The position numbers and the translations under genes are program-made. A stretch of DNA of 64,000 bases from Glaucostegus cemiculus (taxonomy: Eukaryota): positions 6,386,001 through 6,450,000 of the forward strand of contig CDPCPM010000026.1 of NCBI GenBank assembly GCA_976551045.1, in the 5' to 3' direction. The notes beneath the pieces are model-generated. The model did not search any database, was not told where the DNA came from, and worked only from the letters and a program-made list of their open reading frames with translations. Position 1 is the stretch's first letter. The number at the start of each line of letters is the position of its first letter. Below, one piece after another: positions 1 through 14,500 of the stretch.

Positions 1-1559
1 CTGTCCACTTAACTGCCTTGGATTCAGGTAGTCTTGTATTTCACTTATGGCTTTGAAATATGTCCAATACATTAAGCTGGAAAAAATCTCAGAATTTTTA
101 TAGAAAAGGTTGAAAGGCAATGGAGGAATAGCAGATAAAAGAATTTGCATCAAACTAGAATTATTCCCAAGGCAATTATTCTCTCATTCATAGCTAGCAG
201 AAGGAGTTTGTTGCAACACTGCCTGGCTTCACTGTGGATTATGACCATGTGCTTCAGTCTGACCAGTAGACAATTTCCTCCATGGGCATAGCTCTAAAGG
301 TCCTTTAAACATTTATCCTTTATATCTCGGGCTCATTACAGACTTGTTGTGCCTTTTCCCTGAAATACTTAAGATGCATAATTCTGGAACTATCTTCACA
401 TACCAAACATCCTTGGGGTGGTCAGGGAGATCTGTCACATATTCTGGGCCTTGGACCTTTCCTCCATGCGGACCTTCTTCTCACTTGCTTTCGCTTCATT
501 ATTACTTAGAACTTGTCTTCACTCCTTCTGTTGCCAAAAGCAGTCAAACAGGTTGAAATGCATTTGGGGCATTTCTAAAAATGCTGCAAGAATTTTTTGT
601 TTCTCATGGCCCAGTTTCTTAAAGTAGACACATCTCTTTAACTTTTATCCACACTGCAATTTTCTGGTTTTCCCCTCCCCACCCTCCAATTAGGCTGGCT
701 CCTATACAAGCCTGAAACGGAAGTGGGAGCTCTGAATAATTTCGAAGATGAGCTGACCACGGAAAATGATGTGAAGTTGTTGCATAGCATTGCTGGCAAA
801 GTTTGCCCTGGTTCCCAGCCGTGTTGCTTGAACTTTGCCAGAACCCAGCATTCCACATATTGATGTGATTTGGCAGTTACAAAATGATGCGTAAGTTTTT
901 TTATTACACAAAAACTTGAAGTAAAAAATTAGATACTTCCATCATCAGCATAAATTGTTCAGCAGAAGAGAATTATCTGATAGCAGATGATTCATTTTAG
1001 AAATCAATGTGTAAGGTTGGAGACCTCCAGTCTATTCCCTTGATCTTGCTATTGTTGATGTTGATATTGGGCAAATTAAAAAAGTAACATTGTAGGGTCA
1101 TAAGGGACTTGAGGTCCTCTAACTGGGGAGATTGGTGATGCATTACTTATGAAAGCTTCTTAACTAAAACATGAACAATCCTGCAGTCAATTGTCCTGTC
1201 TCAGCACTGAGATGCAATATTAAGTCTGTTCAACATGCAGTGCTTAGGAGCAAATAAATTCAGATTTTTGTTAACAATGTGTGCATTTTAATTAATATAT
1301 TATTTACAGAGTATTAAATGCTATAAAACAGAGAAGACTGGAGGCAGTCTAACATCAATCGACCACAGCACATCTGGAATTTTAGCTATGAGGCAAAGTT
1401 AGTCCACAGCACAGAGGTTTGATTGTGTCCAATATTTTCAAAACAATATTGAATTTATATATTAGCTTTCACATCCATTTTTTATCTTACATCAATCAAG
1501 AATTTTCTCAATGTAACCATTGTTGTGGATAGAGGAATCATGGCAACCACTTTCGAATA

Positions 1560-1870
1560 GAAAGCTCTCATAAACAATAATGAGATAATTACCAGAAAAT
1601 GTAGTTTTGTAATGTTGATCAAGGGATAAATTGAAGGATAAGTAATGGAAATTCATTGTAATAACTGCCCTGCTCTTGTGCACAGTAATCCCTTAAGAAC
1701 CTTTACCCCCACTTAGTGAGTGCAGACCGGACCATTGTTACCTTAGGTAAAAAGCAGTACCATCTACGGTGCTGAAGTCTCAACCTAGAGTTTTCTGCTG
1801 AAAGTTTTTCATTGAACTTGGGCCCATAACATCTGGGTTTAGAGGCAAGAGTGGTACCAATTGAGCCATA
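1560..1870 (-). mobile_element. Degenerate SacSINE1/Deu-domain-type SINE
   Basis: Segment ...GTCTCAACCTAGAGTTTTCTGCTGAAAG...GAACTTGGGCCCATAACATCTGGGTTTAGAGGCAAGAGTGGTACCAATTGAGCCA resembles the reverse complement of a SacSINE1-like tRNA head/Deu region; heavily decayed. Confidence 0.45.
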
Positions 1871-2423
1871 GTTATCATCATTGTATAGCACGAGGTAGTT
1901 AAATAAATAATATAACCCATCAGAATAGATTTGTCCACAAGCCAGTGGCAGACAAATTATTGAGGCATGAACTGGAGTTAAGCTGATGAATTAATCTTCA
2001 TTTGACAACTGACAAACTGAACCACCTCATGACCCATTGTCCTGGGGAGTTAAAGTAGCAAAAACATCTGGCAAAAATTGCTTAGTCCAGAAAATGCAGA
2101 TTTTGGGGTAAGTGTACTCATAATACAGGAGATACACTCAGGAACTTCCTCAAATCAAATGGAGCCACAAGAATGTCTAAAGATATTTCTCTCCTACCTA
2201 ATTTACTTCTGGATGCAAAATAAATGCTGGATAACAGCAGGAAATAATGTTGAATATAAAATCTTATGAATCCAAAAAGAACCTTAACAATGCATGAGAA
2301 TGCAGATGAAGTTGCATATTAAGCAAAAATAATACAATTTTGCTGAAGCAGCAAGAGCTGGAAGGAAATGCAGCCAAAGTAGTTGTGGAAATCAACTGAA
2401 TTTACTGCTATTTTGCTTCTCAG

Positions 2424-2830
2424 AAGGACTCCATTCCATTCTCCCAGTTTCTCTGTCTCCATCATGTCCGTTCTGAGGCTGGAACTTTCCAATAGTCATC
2501 ATTTTTCCTCAGTTGAGGATACCCCTCTACTATAATTGATGGTAACCTCGACATAACATTTGGCTTATCCTAATTTTTCGCCACACCTTGCAACAGATCA
2601 TCCTCCACCACGCCTGGCATATCCAGTGTGATGCCACCATCAAATACATCTTCTCTCCCTTCAAAATTCTGTAGGAACCAGCTCTTCCTAATGTTTTGGT
2701 TCATTCCTTAAGCATTACCAACACCCCCTCAGCTTCCCACTGCACGGTTCCATGCCAGTGTCAATTCTTTTAACTCTTCACATCCCACTATCCACAGATC
2801 CAAGCCATCTTTCTGGGGGAAACAAAGAAT
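2424..2830 (+). mobile_element. Penelope-like element RT/linker relic
   Basis: AAGGACTCCATTCCATTCTCCCAGTTTCTCTGTCTCCATC translates KDSIPFSQFLCLH, matching the KDAIPLSPFLCLH motif of the other PLE copy at 59210-59840; contains stops and frameshifts. Confidence 0.7.
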
Positions 2831-3039
2831 TCAACGTACAATTCTATATTTGTTGCTGATGTTGTTCTCTCTCTTATACTGCAGAGTGGATGGCTTCTGC
2901 TTTGCAGAACACTTTGTTCAATTCATAATAGTAACAGCAAAATTCCAGTTGTCTGTGCATTCCAAATCTGACTACTCTGCACTGCATTTCCCAAGGTGAC
3001 TCCTGGACAACATTGAGTTCAACAACTTCAGATAATGAT

Positions 3040-3662
3040 TCCAATGTTTCATTCACACTTCTTCTTGACCGATCTTTTGTTTCTTCATTTTTCCCATGTA
3101 ACCTCCTCCCATAATGCACTGTTGTCTCTTTTCTTATTCAGTCTTTCCTCCCTTCCATCATATCACAGTTTCATTTTGTCTTTCCTCCTGTCTACCCTTT
3201 CTCTGCATCTTAAAGACAGGCACAGTAGTGTAGTGGTTAGTGTAATGTTATTACAGTGCCAGCGACATGGGTTCAATTCCGGCCACTGTCTGTAAAGAGT
3301 TTGTACGTTCTCCCTGTGTCTGTGTTGGGTTTCCTCCGGGTGCTCCGGTTTCCTCCCACATTCCAAAAACCTACGGGTTAGGAAGTTGTGGACATGCTAT
3401 GTTGGCGCCGGAAGTGGAAACACTGGTGGGCTGCCCCCAGAACACTCTACGCAAATGATGTATTTCACTGCGTGTTTCGATGTGCCTGTGACTAATAAAG
3501 ATATCTTACCTTAAAATTTGTTCTTTCTCTACAATGGTTTTTCCATTTTTATGAAAACTCATTCTTAAAGCATTAACTCTGTTTCTCCTTCCAGTGCTGC
3601 CTGATCTGTTGATCATTTCCAGTATTTCTGTTTTTATTTCAGATCTCCAACATCTGCACTAC
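3040..3662 (+). mobile_element. Penelope-like 3' terminal region interrupted by a SINE
   Basis: Pyrimidine-rich tract, then ...TGCTGCCTGATCTGTTGATCATTTCCAGTATTTCTGTTTTTATTTCAGATCTCCAACATCTGCA, the same terminus seen at 31900-31958 and 63530-63920. Confidence 0.7.
3219..3510 (+). mobile_element. tRNA-derived V-SINE, subfamily A (tail ...GTGACTAATAAAGATATCTTA)
   Basis: A-box TAGTGTAGTGG, B-box GTTCAATTCC, V-domain GAGTTTGTACGTTCTCCCTGTGTCTG...GGGTTTCCTCCGGGTGCTCCGGTTTCCTCCCACA; close paralogs at 25105 and 58549. Confidence 0.92.
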
Positions 3663-6600
3663 TTTAATTTTATATCTTAATGGCAAGTTTCCTGCATATG
3701 TTCTTTTTAATGATGCCTCTGTAGCTTCAGTTTCAAGGGCTACTTGTCAGTGGAATGCTGTAGTACAAACAAGACAAATTCCATTAATGTGAAAATGCTC
3801 TTTGCCTGCACGAAAAACAAGCTCATAGCAAACTGGAAGCCCATTTTACAAAGTGACCAACTGAAGTCAACGGAAAACATATTCCGGCTAGGAATAAAAC
3901 TTGCAAAGGCCGATTTTACTTTCATAACTTCCATGGTTGACAGCATCTGATTGTTCAGTCACAGACTGATACATAAAAAAGTGAAATAGATCATGTAGAA
4001 ATCAGTTGTCTCCTTTTGAGTGCCATTCTCCTGAAGATCTAATCAATAATGTATTAGAAGTCTTTCATGTGGTGTGATCTTCGGTAAGTCACACCTTCTC
4101 AGTTGCACTTTCGTAGTAGCACTTATATTGCAATAAATAGCATACATTCTGATTTAGCAAGGTGTACTAATCTAAAAACAGCCTTAAACTTTCACAATCA
4201 GGATTAAGTGGTTGTGCTAACAAAAGATGACATACACAAAAACACCATCCAATCAAAGTATGCATCACATAAAGATAGGTTAAAACAATTATTTAAGAGA
4301 CTGAAGATTTATATAACTTGCAAAATTTAAAGTACAAACATAAAGATAGAAGAAGGCTGAAAGATTAGAACAGCAGGACAACTGGTGATGGATTGTTTCT
4401 GCTGGCCTGCAGCTGAGGCAATTTGGGTGAATGGAGCAACCAGGGATAACCCACAAATCACCGCATTAGTTATTATCTGCTGAACAGTAAGCATGAAAAC
4501 ACGATAAACATGTTTTTCTTAAATGTGTATGATTGAAATAATGCTTATTTCACATTCTAAGTGTCTTTTTGGGTCAGTTGTGCAATTGTACAAATGAATT
4601 CATTGACAATTCCAAACTATTCGATTGTATGCTGACGTACACATTCTGTAAATATTTCCAGTCAGCACAAGACAATTTTTTTGAGTACAGTATTGGCTAA
4701 AGGAATGCTGCCTGATTGGCAGTGCTGTAACATTTTGAAAGGACAAACTAATCTCGGAGACCAGTAGCAGTGGAATGCTGTTGATCTTAGACCTGGAAAG
4801 ACACTTAAAGGGGGTAATTAGCATGCTGGCCTTTAACCTCTCACTTCTGGAATTAGATTGATGGGATGAAAATTGTCAGTTGGTGAATGTTATCTAAAAT
4901 GAGTTTGGGGCAGTCTGACATCAGTCAGTATGTGGACACCCAGTACAAAGCTGATTCAGGACTAAAAAGGTAATTTCACTCAGGGAGGCCACAGGCTCCT
5001 GTGAAAAACGAAAGAAAAAGGTCACTGTGGTGAAGTAAAATATGTTCTTCTAAAGTTAGAATTAAAGCAATGGTTGAAGAGGAAAGAGTGTTTTACTTTT
5101 CATCTGATTGATACACTTGACTTGTGCTGCATGCTGAGTGCCCAAATTGGAATAGTTCCATTAACCATTATTCACATCTGTCAGTTTGATGATTTGATGA
5201 GCACAATAAGGGGCTCAAAAAAAGGTGTCACTGTAGCTTACAGGAAAGTGCTGGCTTCCCATACTGATGATCACTGGGACTGTGTCTGGAACCTGAAACT
5301 GCTATGTTGAATATCTTCAAGGCGAACTTGAGTTCTTTGGTAAATCCCCATTCAAAGCAATTACTAAGCCCAATGGCTTCCACAAATACATCAGTTACAT
5401 TGGTAATTAAATAACTACCTTGTAGTAGGCTATTGCCTGTATCATTAAAGCAGACCATAACCATTCACTGAAAATGGTATGGCTATAAATAAATATAATT
5501 ATGCCTGAATATTGAAACTAATTATTTAGATGTTAATGCCAATAGCAACAGAGATAATAAACTAATTATATAATAGAAAACCATTTCTGAGGTCAACCAG
5601 CCTGTTGTTTACATGAGTGGTTGGCTCCACCTGTAAAATTCGTGTTGTATCACATTAATGATTTGACTTAGTACACGTCAGAAGTAAAGGAAATTCAGAA
5701 TTTGCAGTGAAGAGTTTACAACTGCTCTACATAATCATGATTTCACTCTCTGTTCACATTCTGGTTTGGCCTCAGATCTCCTCCAATGGATTTAATTCAC
5801 TGCTCAATGTAGGAATTGGTCATTTAACAAGAAATTGCAGCTAGTTCAAGGCCAGTTGTGGGTTGGCTCAATGGAGGAAACATCATTATGATAGAATGAA
5901 TTTTTCAACCGGTACATTGACTATTCTTAGCTGAACCTCCACCCACATCAGCAGAAAAAAAACAATGTGCAATCTCATTACATTGTCTGACTACAAGCTC
6001 TCTGAAGAATCCAGACTAAATATAAATAACAATATTCATTGAATATAAATGTGAGGAACCAATAAAGAGTGAAAGGGAAAGGCTTTTGGAATATATTTTG
6101 CAACAAAAAAAAATTTGGTATTAGAAAAGTCAAATCACTGAAACTGTAAATTGTAGTAATTGCTTATGAATGTTTTACTGCATTAATTAATAAACCAGAT
6201 GAACTCTTTGTTAAATCCAGATCTATACATTTCAATACATATTTATAATTCAGTAACATAAACTAGGCCGTGAAATTACCATGACTTAAAAATTTGACAT
6301 AAACATTCAGCATTACTCTTAAAAATGGAGTTATGAGAAACAACAGGTAATAATGCCCTACACTCTCTGATAAATTTTGCATATGGTTTTAATGAACTTA
6401 ATAAAAAATAGATGATCAGATGATATGTTGTAGTTGGGGTTGATAAAAAGAGACGTCTGCACAGTAGCCTGATGTGTCGTATTAAGGGTTGATAGAAAGA
6501 TTTCCGTACTGAGAATTGCAAGCACCTAACTAAAGCCGTATTCTCTCATTTTTAAGCAGATTTATATTTTGTATAATTTTTTTTCCATGTGCCTATTGAA

Positions 6601-8887
6601 GTTTAATCCCTACCAGGAGGAGTATGAATAAGCATATTTTAGCCATAAAACCCATATGCAGTGCTTAATAATAAATCACTTTCTAAAAAAAACAAAAATA
6701 CACTGAGGTTACTAAAGTATTCACACTGCAAACAGAAGCCAAGGGAATAACTATGTGTATTTCTTTGCCCCTTTTGTCTTCCTCAGTAAAAAATTCCTTC
6801 TGTTTCCACTGCATTAATGGTGAATTTTTTTTTTATGTTAGCTACATTTTAGGAACGCTAGGTCTAGCTGTAACTAGCCACGGCACAGCTACTGTATTTC
6901 AGAATGTAGCATTTTGATCATTAATTTATCACAGTTCTAGCAGTTTGTTTGACAGGTATGGATTCTTTCATCTAATGGCTACACAGCAAGTGTGCAGTAC
7001 ACTAAAGCGTGGATGCCACTGACTTCAGGTAGGGAAGCAGCAGACAACAGCCACCTTCCTACCTTTTGCCAATTTAGTCTATTTTTCAAAGACAAAACAA
7101 AAAGTACATATAATAATTGATGAGAATTCAGCTCTGCTTGTTATACAGCACCAATTTTTAAGCATTTTTATGAGAACTTCATTGCACATGAACAAAAGGT
7201 TTGGCATCTGTCACTATATCGAATTGTGTGAACTCAATGAACACTGGAAAACAGTGCATGATTTGCTTATATTAAACGTCTAGGTTGTGCATTGTTAGAC
7301 GATAATTTTATATGTGCGCTTAATAGTTAGAGGAAATTTTATTTTCTATTGTTGAAAATATCGCAAAATTAAAATGCTTATTTTTGTTTGCATGGACAAA
7401 AAACTGCCAAGTGTTTGCATGAATTAGACATGAACATAATTTGTCAAGAAACATTTCTAAATATAAAAGAAATGGGTTTAATAAAGATAGTTATGTTTAT
7501 GCAAAGCATAGACAGATACAGTACTAAAAGGCTCTCCCTAAAATATACAACTTCTGTTGCTAAAAAGAGCTCTCCCAATTAAAGTTCCAGCAATCATATG
7601 TAGATGTTCTATTCCTACAAATCCTTCTTGAACAGGAGTAATAATTAATCCACTTGCACCTTTGGTATTGCACCTTTTCCTAGAATTATGAGAGGAAAGA
7701 ATGAAGCATCAATAGGTGTTCCTCATATGTAAGAGAATATGACAGAATACTCCACAATAACACCATGATATTTTTATAAGACTGCACTTTGTATTCTTTG
7801 AACTATGGCTGCCACTAGCTAGGCCAGTATTTAATGCCTGTTCCAACTGCTTCAGAGAGGGTGGCAGTGAGCTGCCTTCATGAACTGTTGTAACCTGCGT
7901 GATAAAGACAGGTCGACAGGTCGTAGGTTCCACGATGGATTATTATTCACTCAGCAAAAATAGTGAAGATCGTTGCAAGTGGTTTAGTGTTGCCCTTTAA
8001 ACAAGCTGGGTTCTACATTGTTAGGGTGGGGATGTTCATGGAGGTTCCCCCCACCCTCCGCTTCTCAGGTCAGCTGATTAATTGCCTCTGACCATCCACA
8101 TCAGGACTTATGGGACTACAGAGCTTTGATTGTGTCGGATTGCCCAGCTCCACCTACATTGGGCTGAGTTGGAATGTTAGTCAGATTGGCATCTCACATT
8201 TAGGGGCATGTTCTTCTGCACATCACTTTGACCCAGGGTTGCCCCTCAGGCTTAATAGAGCAGATAGGACAGCAGATATGCTGAGCCACCAAGTCCCAGA
8301 ACAGGGTGAGATAAAATTCTGTTGCTGCTGATGGGTCACAGCACCAGGAAGTTTCCATGTTTTGAGGTGCTTGATCAGCATGATGTGAGTACAAGACTTT
8401 GTCTCCACATGTCTGGGTATCCTATGCAAACTCTCATGGGCAAGTGCTTATGTGACAGGCTAGATTGATGAGGATGACTTCACTGGGGAATTTCCCTTGC
8501 GTTATTCTTTCCTTCATCCACCGCTGACTCCTCCAGGATTCCTGGGAAGCAGGTTGGTCACTTAAATATTTCAATGAAGCTGCCTGCCTTCATTTTAGTC
8601 ATCATTCAGTTTTTAGCCCCTGGCACCTGGGTTTCCCAGGCCTCAAGAAACTTGACAGCTGAAACCGGGTGAAAAGAGCTGAATCTGTGGCATTAATGCC
8701 TTTACAAGACTGCCTGTGAACAGGGCAAGGGGAAATGTTCCTCCCAAGCCCAATAAACTACCCAGTAATCTGATCCCCAAACCTCACCTCCAAAAGTACC
8801 ATCAGACACATCCCGCCAATTCCTGCATACCATCACCTACTCTCCCCTCATGACTCCTCCCATCCTGCTACCAGGAACTCCTTACAA

Positions 8888-9155
8888 CCTTTTTTTTAAT
8901 TAATTTGTTTTTACAGGATCTGGTCATCACCAGAAAGCCAGCATTGGAGAGAATGAACTTTTAGTGTGGTGGATGGGATCTCATCAAGCAGACTGCTTCG
9001 TCCAAGATGAAGTCAAACTACACTCATCCAGACAAATGTAGAATAATCCATCACACTCCTCATTTTCACGTTGTAGATGGCCAGAAGGCTTTGGGATGTA
9101 AGTAAATCTGTTGTTGCAGGATATCCAGCTTCTGACCTACTCTTGTAGCCACCAA
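8888..9155 (-). mobile_element. L2/CR1-superfamily LINE 3' fragment (internally deleted)
   Basis: Poly-T at the left end and GTGGTGGATGGGATCTCATCAAGCAGACTGCTTCGTCC...TCTGACCTACTCTTGTAGCCAC; appears to be the same family as 27100-27398 in the opposite orientation. Confidence 0.6.
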
Positions 9156-10825
9156 TCCCTGCTCACAAGACCGAAGAAGCATTCTTTCTGCCTGAGAGGG
9201 TCTAATCTGTCCCATAGGCAGTCTGCGAGCAGGACTCTCACATGAGAATATCTTCAACAGCTCTGTGGTTAAGTTCTGCAGAATATTTGGGTGAACCTTT
9301 CTTCCTGGTCTATCATCATGCCCCACCTTGCGCTGAACTTGCCTTCATGACACAAGTTCTGGATTTTAGCAGAAAAAAGACAGAAAAGAACAAAAAAGTA
9401 ATTATGTTTACATTTTATGTTATTAAATTGTCTGATAACAATTAACACTTTAAGAAATGAGAGTGCACAATTGTAAGACTTCATCTTCAGTGTGAGGGTG
9501 GTTGAGTGACATGAATAGAACTGATCATGTTGTCATGTTGTTAAAGGATACTCAGTCTGAAATAGAAGAGATTCAAATTTCTGATGTAAGCTGGTCTGTA
9601 CCTACTGTGCAAATATAGCAACATCATGCTGATCAATGTACATTGACAGGAGTGAGATAGCAAAATGCCAATTTTGCAAAGCTAGTGCCAGGATGACATA
9701 TTGTGGACATGCATCAACTCTTGCCTGAAGTTTTTCTAACATTTGCGCATTAGTAACAAAAAGTACCATGACCACTGGTGCAATTTTGATGGTAAATTAT
9801 GGACTTGTATGTCTAGTATGCATTAATCATTGTTGCATTCAAACATTAATATTCATGCATAAGGAAAGTCTGGAAAAACGTTTATATATTGTAAGCTTGG
9901 AGGTCTCTGACTGATTATGCTGATGGTTGCTTTTTTACTTGTTATATGTTCTGCCATATATCAGTAAAGTTTGCAGCAGATTTTACAGCAAGCCACCAAT
10001 TGGAAGATCAGAATAAAATTTTAAGACGATTTGGGCCTTTTAGGAAGAATGACATTGCATTTTCCTTCACAAGGAAGAGGTTTAGTTTTAGGGTTTCACT
10101 TAACACAATTAATCCAAAAATGAACAATCATCATATTTACTAAATCCTTTAAATTATTTTAGGCAAGAATAAGCATTAAAGTTTAAAGTAGATTAGGTAA
10201 GAATAAAGTATGAGGCAAATGAATGTGTTAAGAACACATGGTTCTTCTGACCTACTGAACTGCTCTTTACGGAGCTGGAGAAAAAAAAATCCAAAATATT
10301 TTCCTTCTTATTGCCCTGGGATTTTCCCTGTACTTTTGCCCTTCCCAGTAGATTACATAGTTTAGGATGGGTGGGATGTGGGGAGGAAACGGATGAGAAG
10401 TGTTAAAGTGGGACGCTCCAGCTGTAATGAGTATGGGACGGATGTGTGGGAGCAAGCAATGTTTTCTTGCCCTTCATTTTCATGCACTGGACTCCAAGGA
10501 AACTGGAGCAAAGGAAAATTGGTGACCCACAGAGAGGAAATCATGATCAGAAGTGCTTCTGAAAATGAAATCTTGGGAAACACTCTATCCACAAGAGTTT
10601 AAGAAACCAGTTAAAGCATATATTGTACAGCATATTCTGCAGGTAAGGCATGTAAATATATATCTATCATAAGTGATTAACTGAGATATTAACAAGCAAC
10701 TTTCTGAATCACACTAAAAGAAAGATAGGATCCCTTTAAACATGCCCGCTCCATTAAAATTGTTCAATACCCATTTCAGAATGGAACCACTCCTGTGCTT
10801 TCTTTTTACATTAGTTACGTACATA

Positions 10826-12232
10826 CAAACATGAATGAACAAATTAGGGCCACTTGTCCCATTGACCCTACTCAACCATACAACATCCACAGCTGATCTA
10901 ATTATAACCTCAAAGCCGCGTTCCCTGTAACTTTTCAATCTTTGCCTATCAAATATCTATCTACCTCAGTCTTAAAAGTAATCTGCTTCCACTGTCCTTT
11001 GAGGTGGAGAGTTCCAAAGACTCACAGCCCTCTGTTAGAAAAAAATGCCTTAAATGGGCAACCATTTATTTTTAAACAGTGACCCTTACTTCGAGATACT
11101 CCATTGATGAAATACTTCTCCACATCCATCCTGTCAAGATCTCTTAGGAGTTTATACATTTCAATCCTTGTCTAATCAATCTTTTGTCAAAAGACGGCTT
11201 AATCAATCCAGGTCTGATTCTAGTAAAATCCAGATATCAGACTAGTAAACCTTTTTTGAACAGTTTCCAACATATTTACATCCTTCCTTAAACATGGAAA
11301 CTGATACTGTACACCTTACTACCGAAGCAGTCTCCCTGATCCCCTAAATAATTGAAAGATGACCTCACTACTTTTGTATTCAGTTCCCCTCAAAATAAAC
11401 AATAACATTCTTTTAGCTTTCCTGATTACTGCTTGAATGTCCTTTTCTGAATCATGCAATAGAATGCCCAGATTCCTCTGCATCTCAGAGCCCTGCAATC
11501 TCTCACCACTTAGATAATATGTTTCTTTTTATTTTTCTTGCCAAAATGAACTTTTTTTTTTCATTTTGCCACTTTGTACTCTGTTTGCCAGATCTTTGTC
11601 CACCCACATAACCTATCCATATAGATTTGGCACCTCCTGACATCCTCTTGACAGCTTACATTCCTATCTGCCTTTGTGTCATCAGCAAATTTAGCACACA
11701 CACATTTGTTGATATCAGTTATAAAAAAGTTGAGTCCCCCAGCACCAGTGGCTGTTACATATCCATCATTATATCTTACCAACCAGAAAAGCCATTTCTA
11801 CCCACTGTCTGATTTCTGTTAGCCAGCTAATCTTCTCTCCACGTTAATAAGTTACCTCCTACACTATGAGATTTTATTTTCCATAACATCCCTTGATGTG
11901 GCATCCTTCTGAAAATATAACATATCCACAGTACATTATTTCTTCAAAGAACTCCAGAAAATTGTCAAACATGATTTCCTTCCACAAAACCATGTTGACT
12001 TTGCCTGATTACCTTGAATTTTACCAAATGCCAATAATAGCCACTAATGTTTTCCTTCTCACAGATGTTACGCTAACTACTTTCTATCTCCATTTCCTTT
12101 TGCATAAAGGAGTTCCATCCACTATAAAACTTCCCCAGGATCAAGGGAATTTTGCAAATTGAAAACCAAACCATTGACTATCTTACTAGCTAATTCTTTC
12201 AAGACCCTAGGAAGAAGTCAATCATGATCCAA
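10826..12232 (-). mobile_element. CR1/HER1-like LINE relic (RT through 3' end)
   Basis: Minus-strand translation includes KFADDTK...VSCQEDVRRCQIYMDRLCGWTKIWQTEY (CR1 RT FADD motif and the following W..WQ.EY) and LPRVLKELA near 12200; CR1-type 3' end near 10830-10900. Confidence 0.88.
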
Positions 12233-14019
12233 GAAAATGGAGTTTTGAGATTGTGAAATAGCTTACTTGATAATTATTTTCATTAGGTTACATACATTTG
12301 TCCATTGAACCTTCAGTCACTTGAATTGTGATGAGATTTTTGCAACTCTTTTAGGGGTGATCTTTCATAAGGCAGGTTATCAACACCATACAGTCATTGA
12401 CAGCAACAATACCCAATGATGTCTCCTGTTCCACATAGAACCTTATTTAATTCCTGCTTTGTGAGAATTAGTTCTATAGTATGTAAAAGGTTGAGATTGG
12501 CTCCAAAAAATATAGGAACATGGAAAGATTGCTCATCCATTCGACTGCTTCCTTTATCATCCAGATACTTGAATATTCTTGAGCATTTTCCAGTGGCATC
12601 TTTTGATCTGGTGATGCAGTAACTCGAAAAAGGAGCAGCACAGTGTTCACACATTTGTTTTTTCTAATGTAGTTAGATATAAAGTAACCCCACGATGATG
12701 TTCCCTCTGGGAGCCATATGAAAGCATGCTGTAATTATATGGAATCTTCACTTTTGGCATCAAGTGCACATGCCTACCTCCACACAGCCGAAAGCAATCA
12801 TGGTATTTTGGACATAGGGCCTGGGAGAGTGGCCGAAATAATAATGTTTTGCTTTAGTATTTTATTTTTGGCAAAATATTAATTGGATCACACCCAAGGT
12901 ATTATAATACGCCTACAGAATGATTTTTCTTGGATGTTGTTCTTGCTCTAAGTATTTGTACATGATTACCCTGCTTCTTTATGCACACCATGTAAAGTTT
13001 CCTTTACAATTGTCCAAAGCTATCTGATACAGTGGGAAAGGGCTTTGCCTCCTATTCCTAAAGTTATTTCAAACTTCTCTTACACAAGACCCGTCATAAA
13101 TATTTATAGAACTTTTCAGTGCAAGAGCTTAACAAGGGCATTGTGCTTAACAGAAAAGTAATTAATTTGTGGAAAAAAAACACAAACAACACACCAACCA
13201 AAATAATTCAGAATATTTTAGCTTTCTTGGTTTGTCCTTCCCCCTTGAGCTTGGTGTTGTCCTGATTTATCTCTTCTTCTGCTTCTTCAAACTTTGTTGT
13301 TATCCTGCATTATTGAACATGGCCCTTCACTAGATTCTCGGCATTTTTTACACACAAAGTGTTGAGAGAGAGGTATGGTGGAAATTCATTCTTCTGAAAA
13401 ATACCATTAAGTGTATCAGTTCTAAAAACAGACTACTCATGTTATCTTCAATTCACAATGACAATTAATCTGACTTAATTTGACCTGCATCACCATTTTC
13501 CTGATATTATCTATCTCTTACACAGTTTGAGAATTGGAATACTTCTGACAGCTAAAAAGAATATACTTGATATATGGGGTTGGAAGCTGTTTTTTTCCCT
13601 GTGTATTAATTCTATTGTTTACTGAATCACCAAAAAGCTACACGGAATAAAAATTGTGCTATCATCACAAAACATTTTACTGTTGAATATATGATCCCAG
13701 GATATAATTATTTCTCCATCAAAAATACAGTGAGGTCAATGCACATGATTTTTCTGTGCTGCTCTAATCTTTAGTGGTAACATACAGATAAAGAGCCCAA
13801 AATGACAAATACATACCTTTGTCTTCTAACCAAAGGTCTGCCTGCTGCCATTTTCAAGTGGACCTCAAGTCTGGCAACATCATTTCTGTAAAAATTCAGC
13901 AGGACAGGAGGCTTGTTAGTAAATGCAGATTGGAGTCATACAATATAGGGAAGACCCTAGTGTCATTTTAACCCCTTCACCCCTCCTCCCCAGAACCATG
14001 CCACAATCAAACTATCGGT

Positions 14020-14500
14020 AGCTCACTACTATGAAGCAGAAAACCTGCTGACTCCTACCAGAAATGAAGTTAAATGGTCTGTGTATGATTTTCTGGCAGC
14101 AAGATATATGTGACTGCTTTTCTGATACTTCTGTGGAAATTTGACCCAAACTTTAAATTGCTTGCCTACTGCTGCATGCAAGGTAACTTGGTACCCAAGA
14201 TCCCACAAAGAGCCAAAGCAAGAAAAGCTGATCAATCTGATTTTGAGGTGTTAGTTGAATGTTGGCCAGATAAAAGGTAGAATATTCTTCTTTAAGCAGT
14301 TTCTTATAATGCTTAATATCCATGTGGATCACTAGAAGAGCAGACAGGACTTTGGAATAGTGTTTTGCCAGAAAAAAACAACACTTTTAACAACATGACA
14401 CTGTGTTGGTGGTGCCACAGATTGGATCCTCAGCCCAGATTAGCACTCAAATCCTAGAGGGAACCGAAGGTTAGATTACCACAAGCTGAGCCATGCCGAG
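14020..14500 (-). mobile_element. Degenerate SacSINE1/Deu-type SINE
   Basis: GATTTTGAGGTGTTAGTTGAATGTTGGCCAG...GAGCAGACAGGACTTTGG...CAGCCCAGATTAGCACTCAAATCC resembles the Deu-domain SINE reverse complement. Confidence 0.45.

Noticed and set aside
8000-8880. GC-elevated block possibly derived from a non-autonomous DNA transposon
   Set aside because: No terminal inverted repeats, TSD or transposase motif could be identified by eye.
12250-13420. Several 60-90 codon minus-strand frames (e.g. ...CGTGDIIGYCCCQ, GRHVHL, KNEFPPYLSL) considered as viral env, HUH Rep or pseudogene fragments
   Set aside because: Motif spacing does not fit env CX6CC or HUH Rep contexts and the frames do not join; cannot be supported without a homology search.
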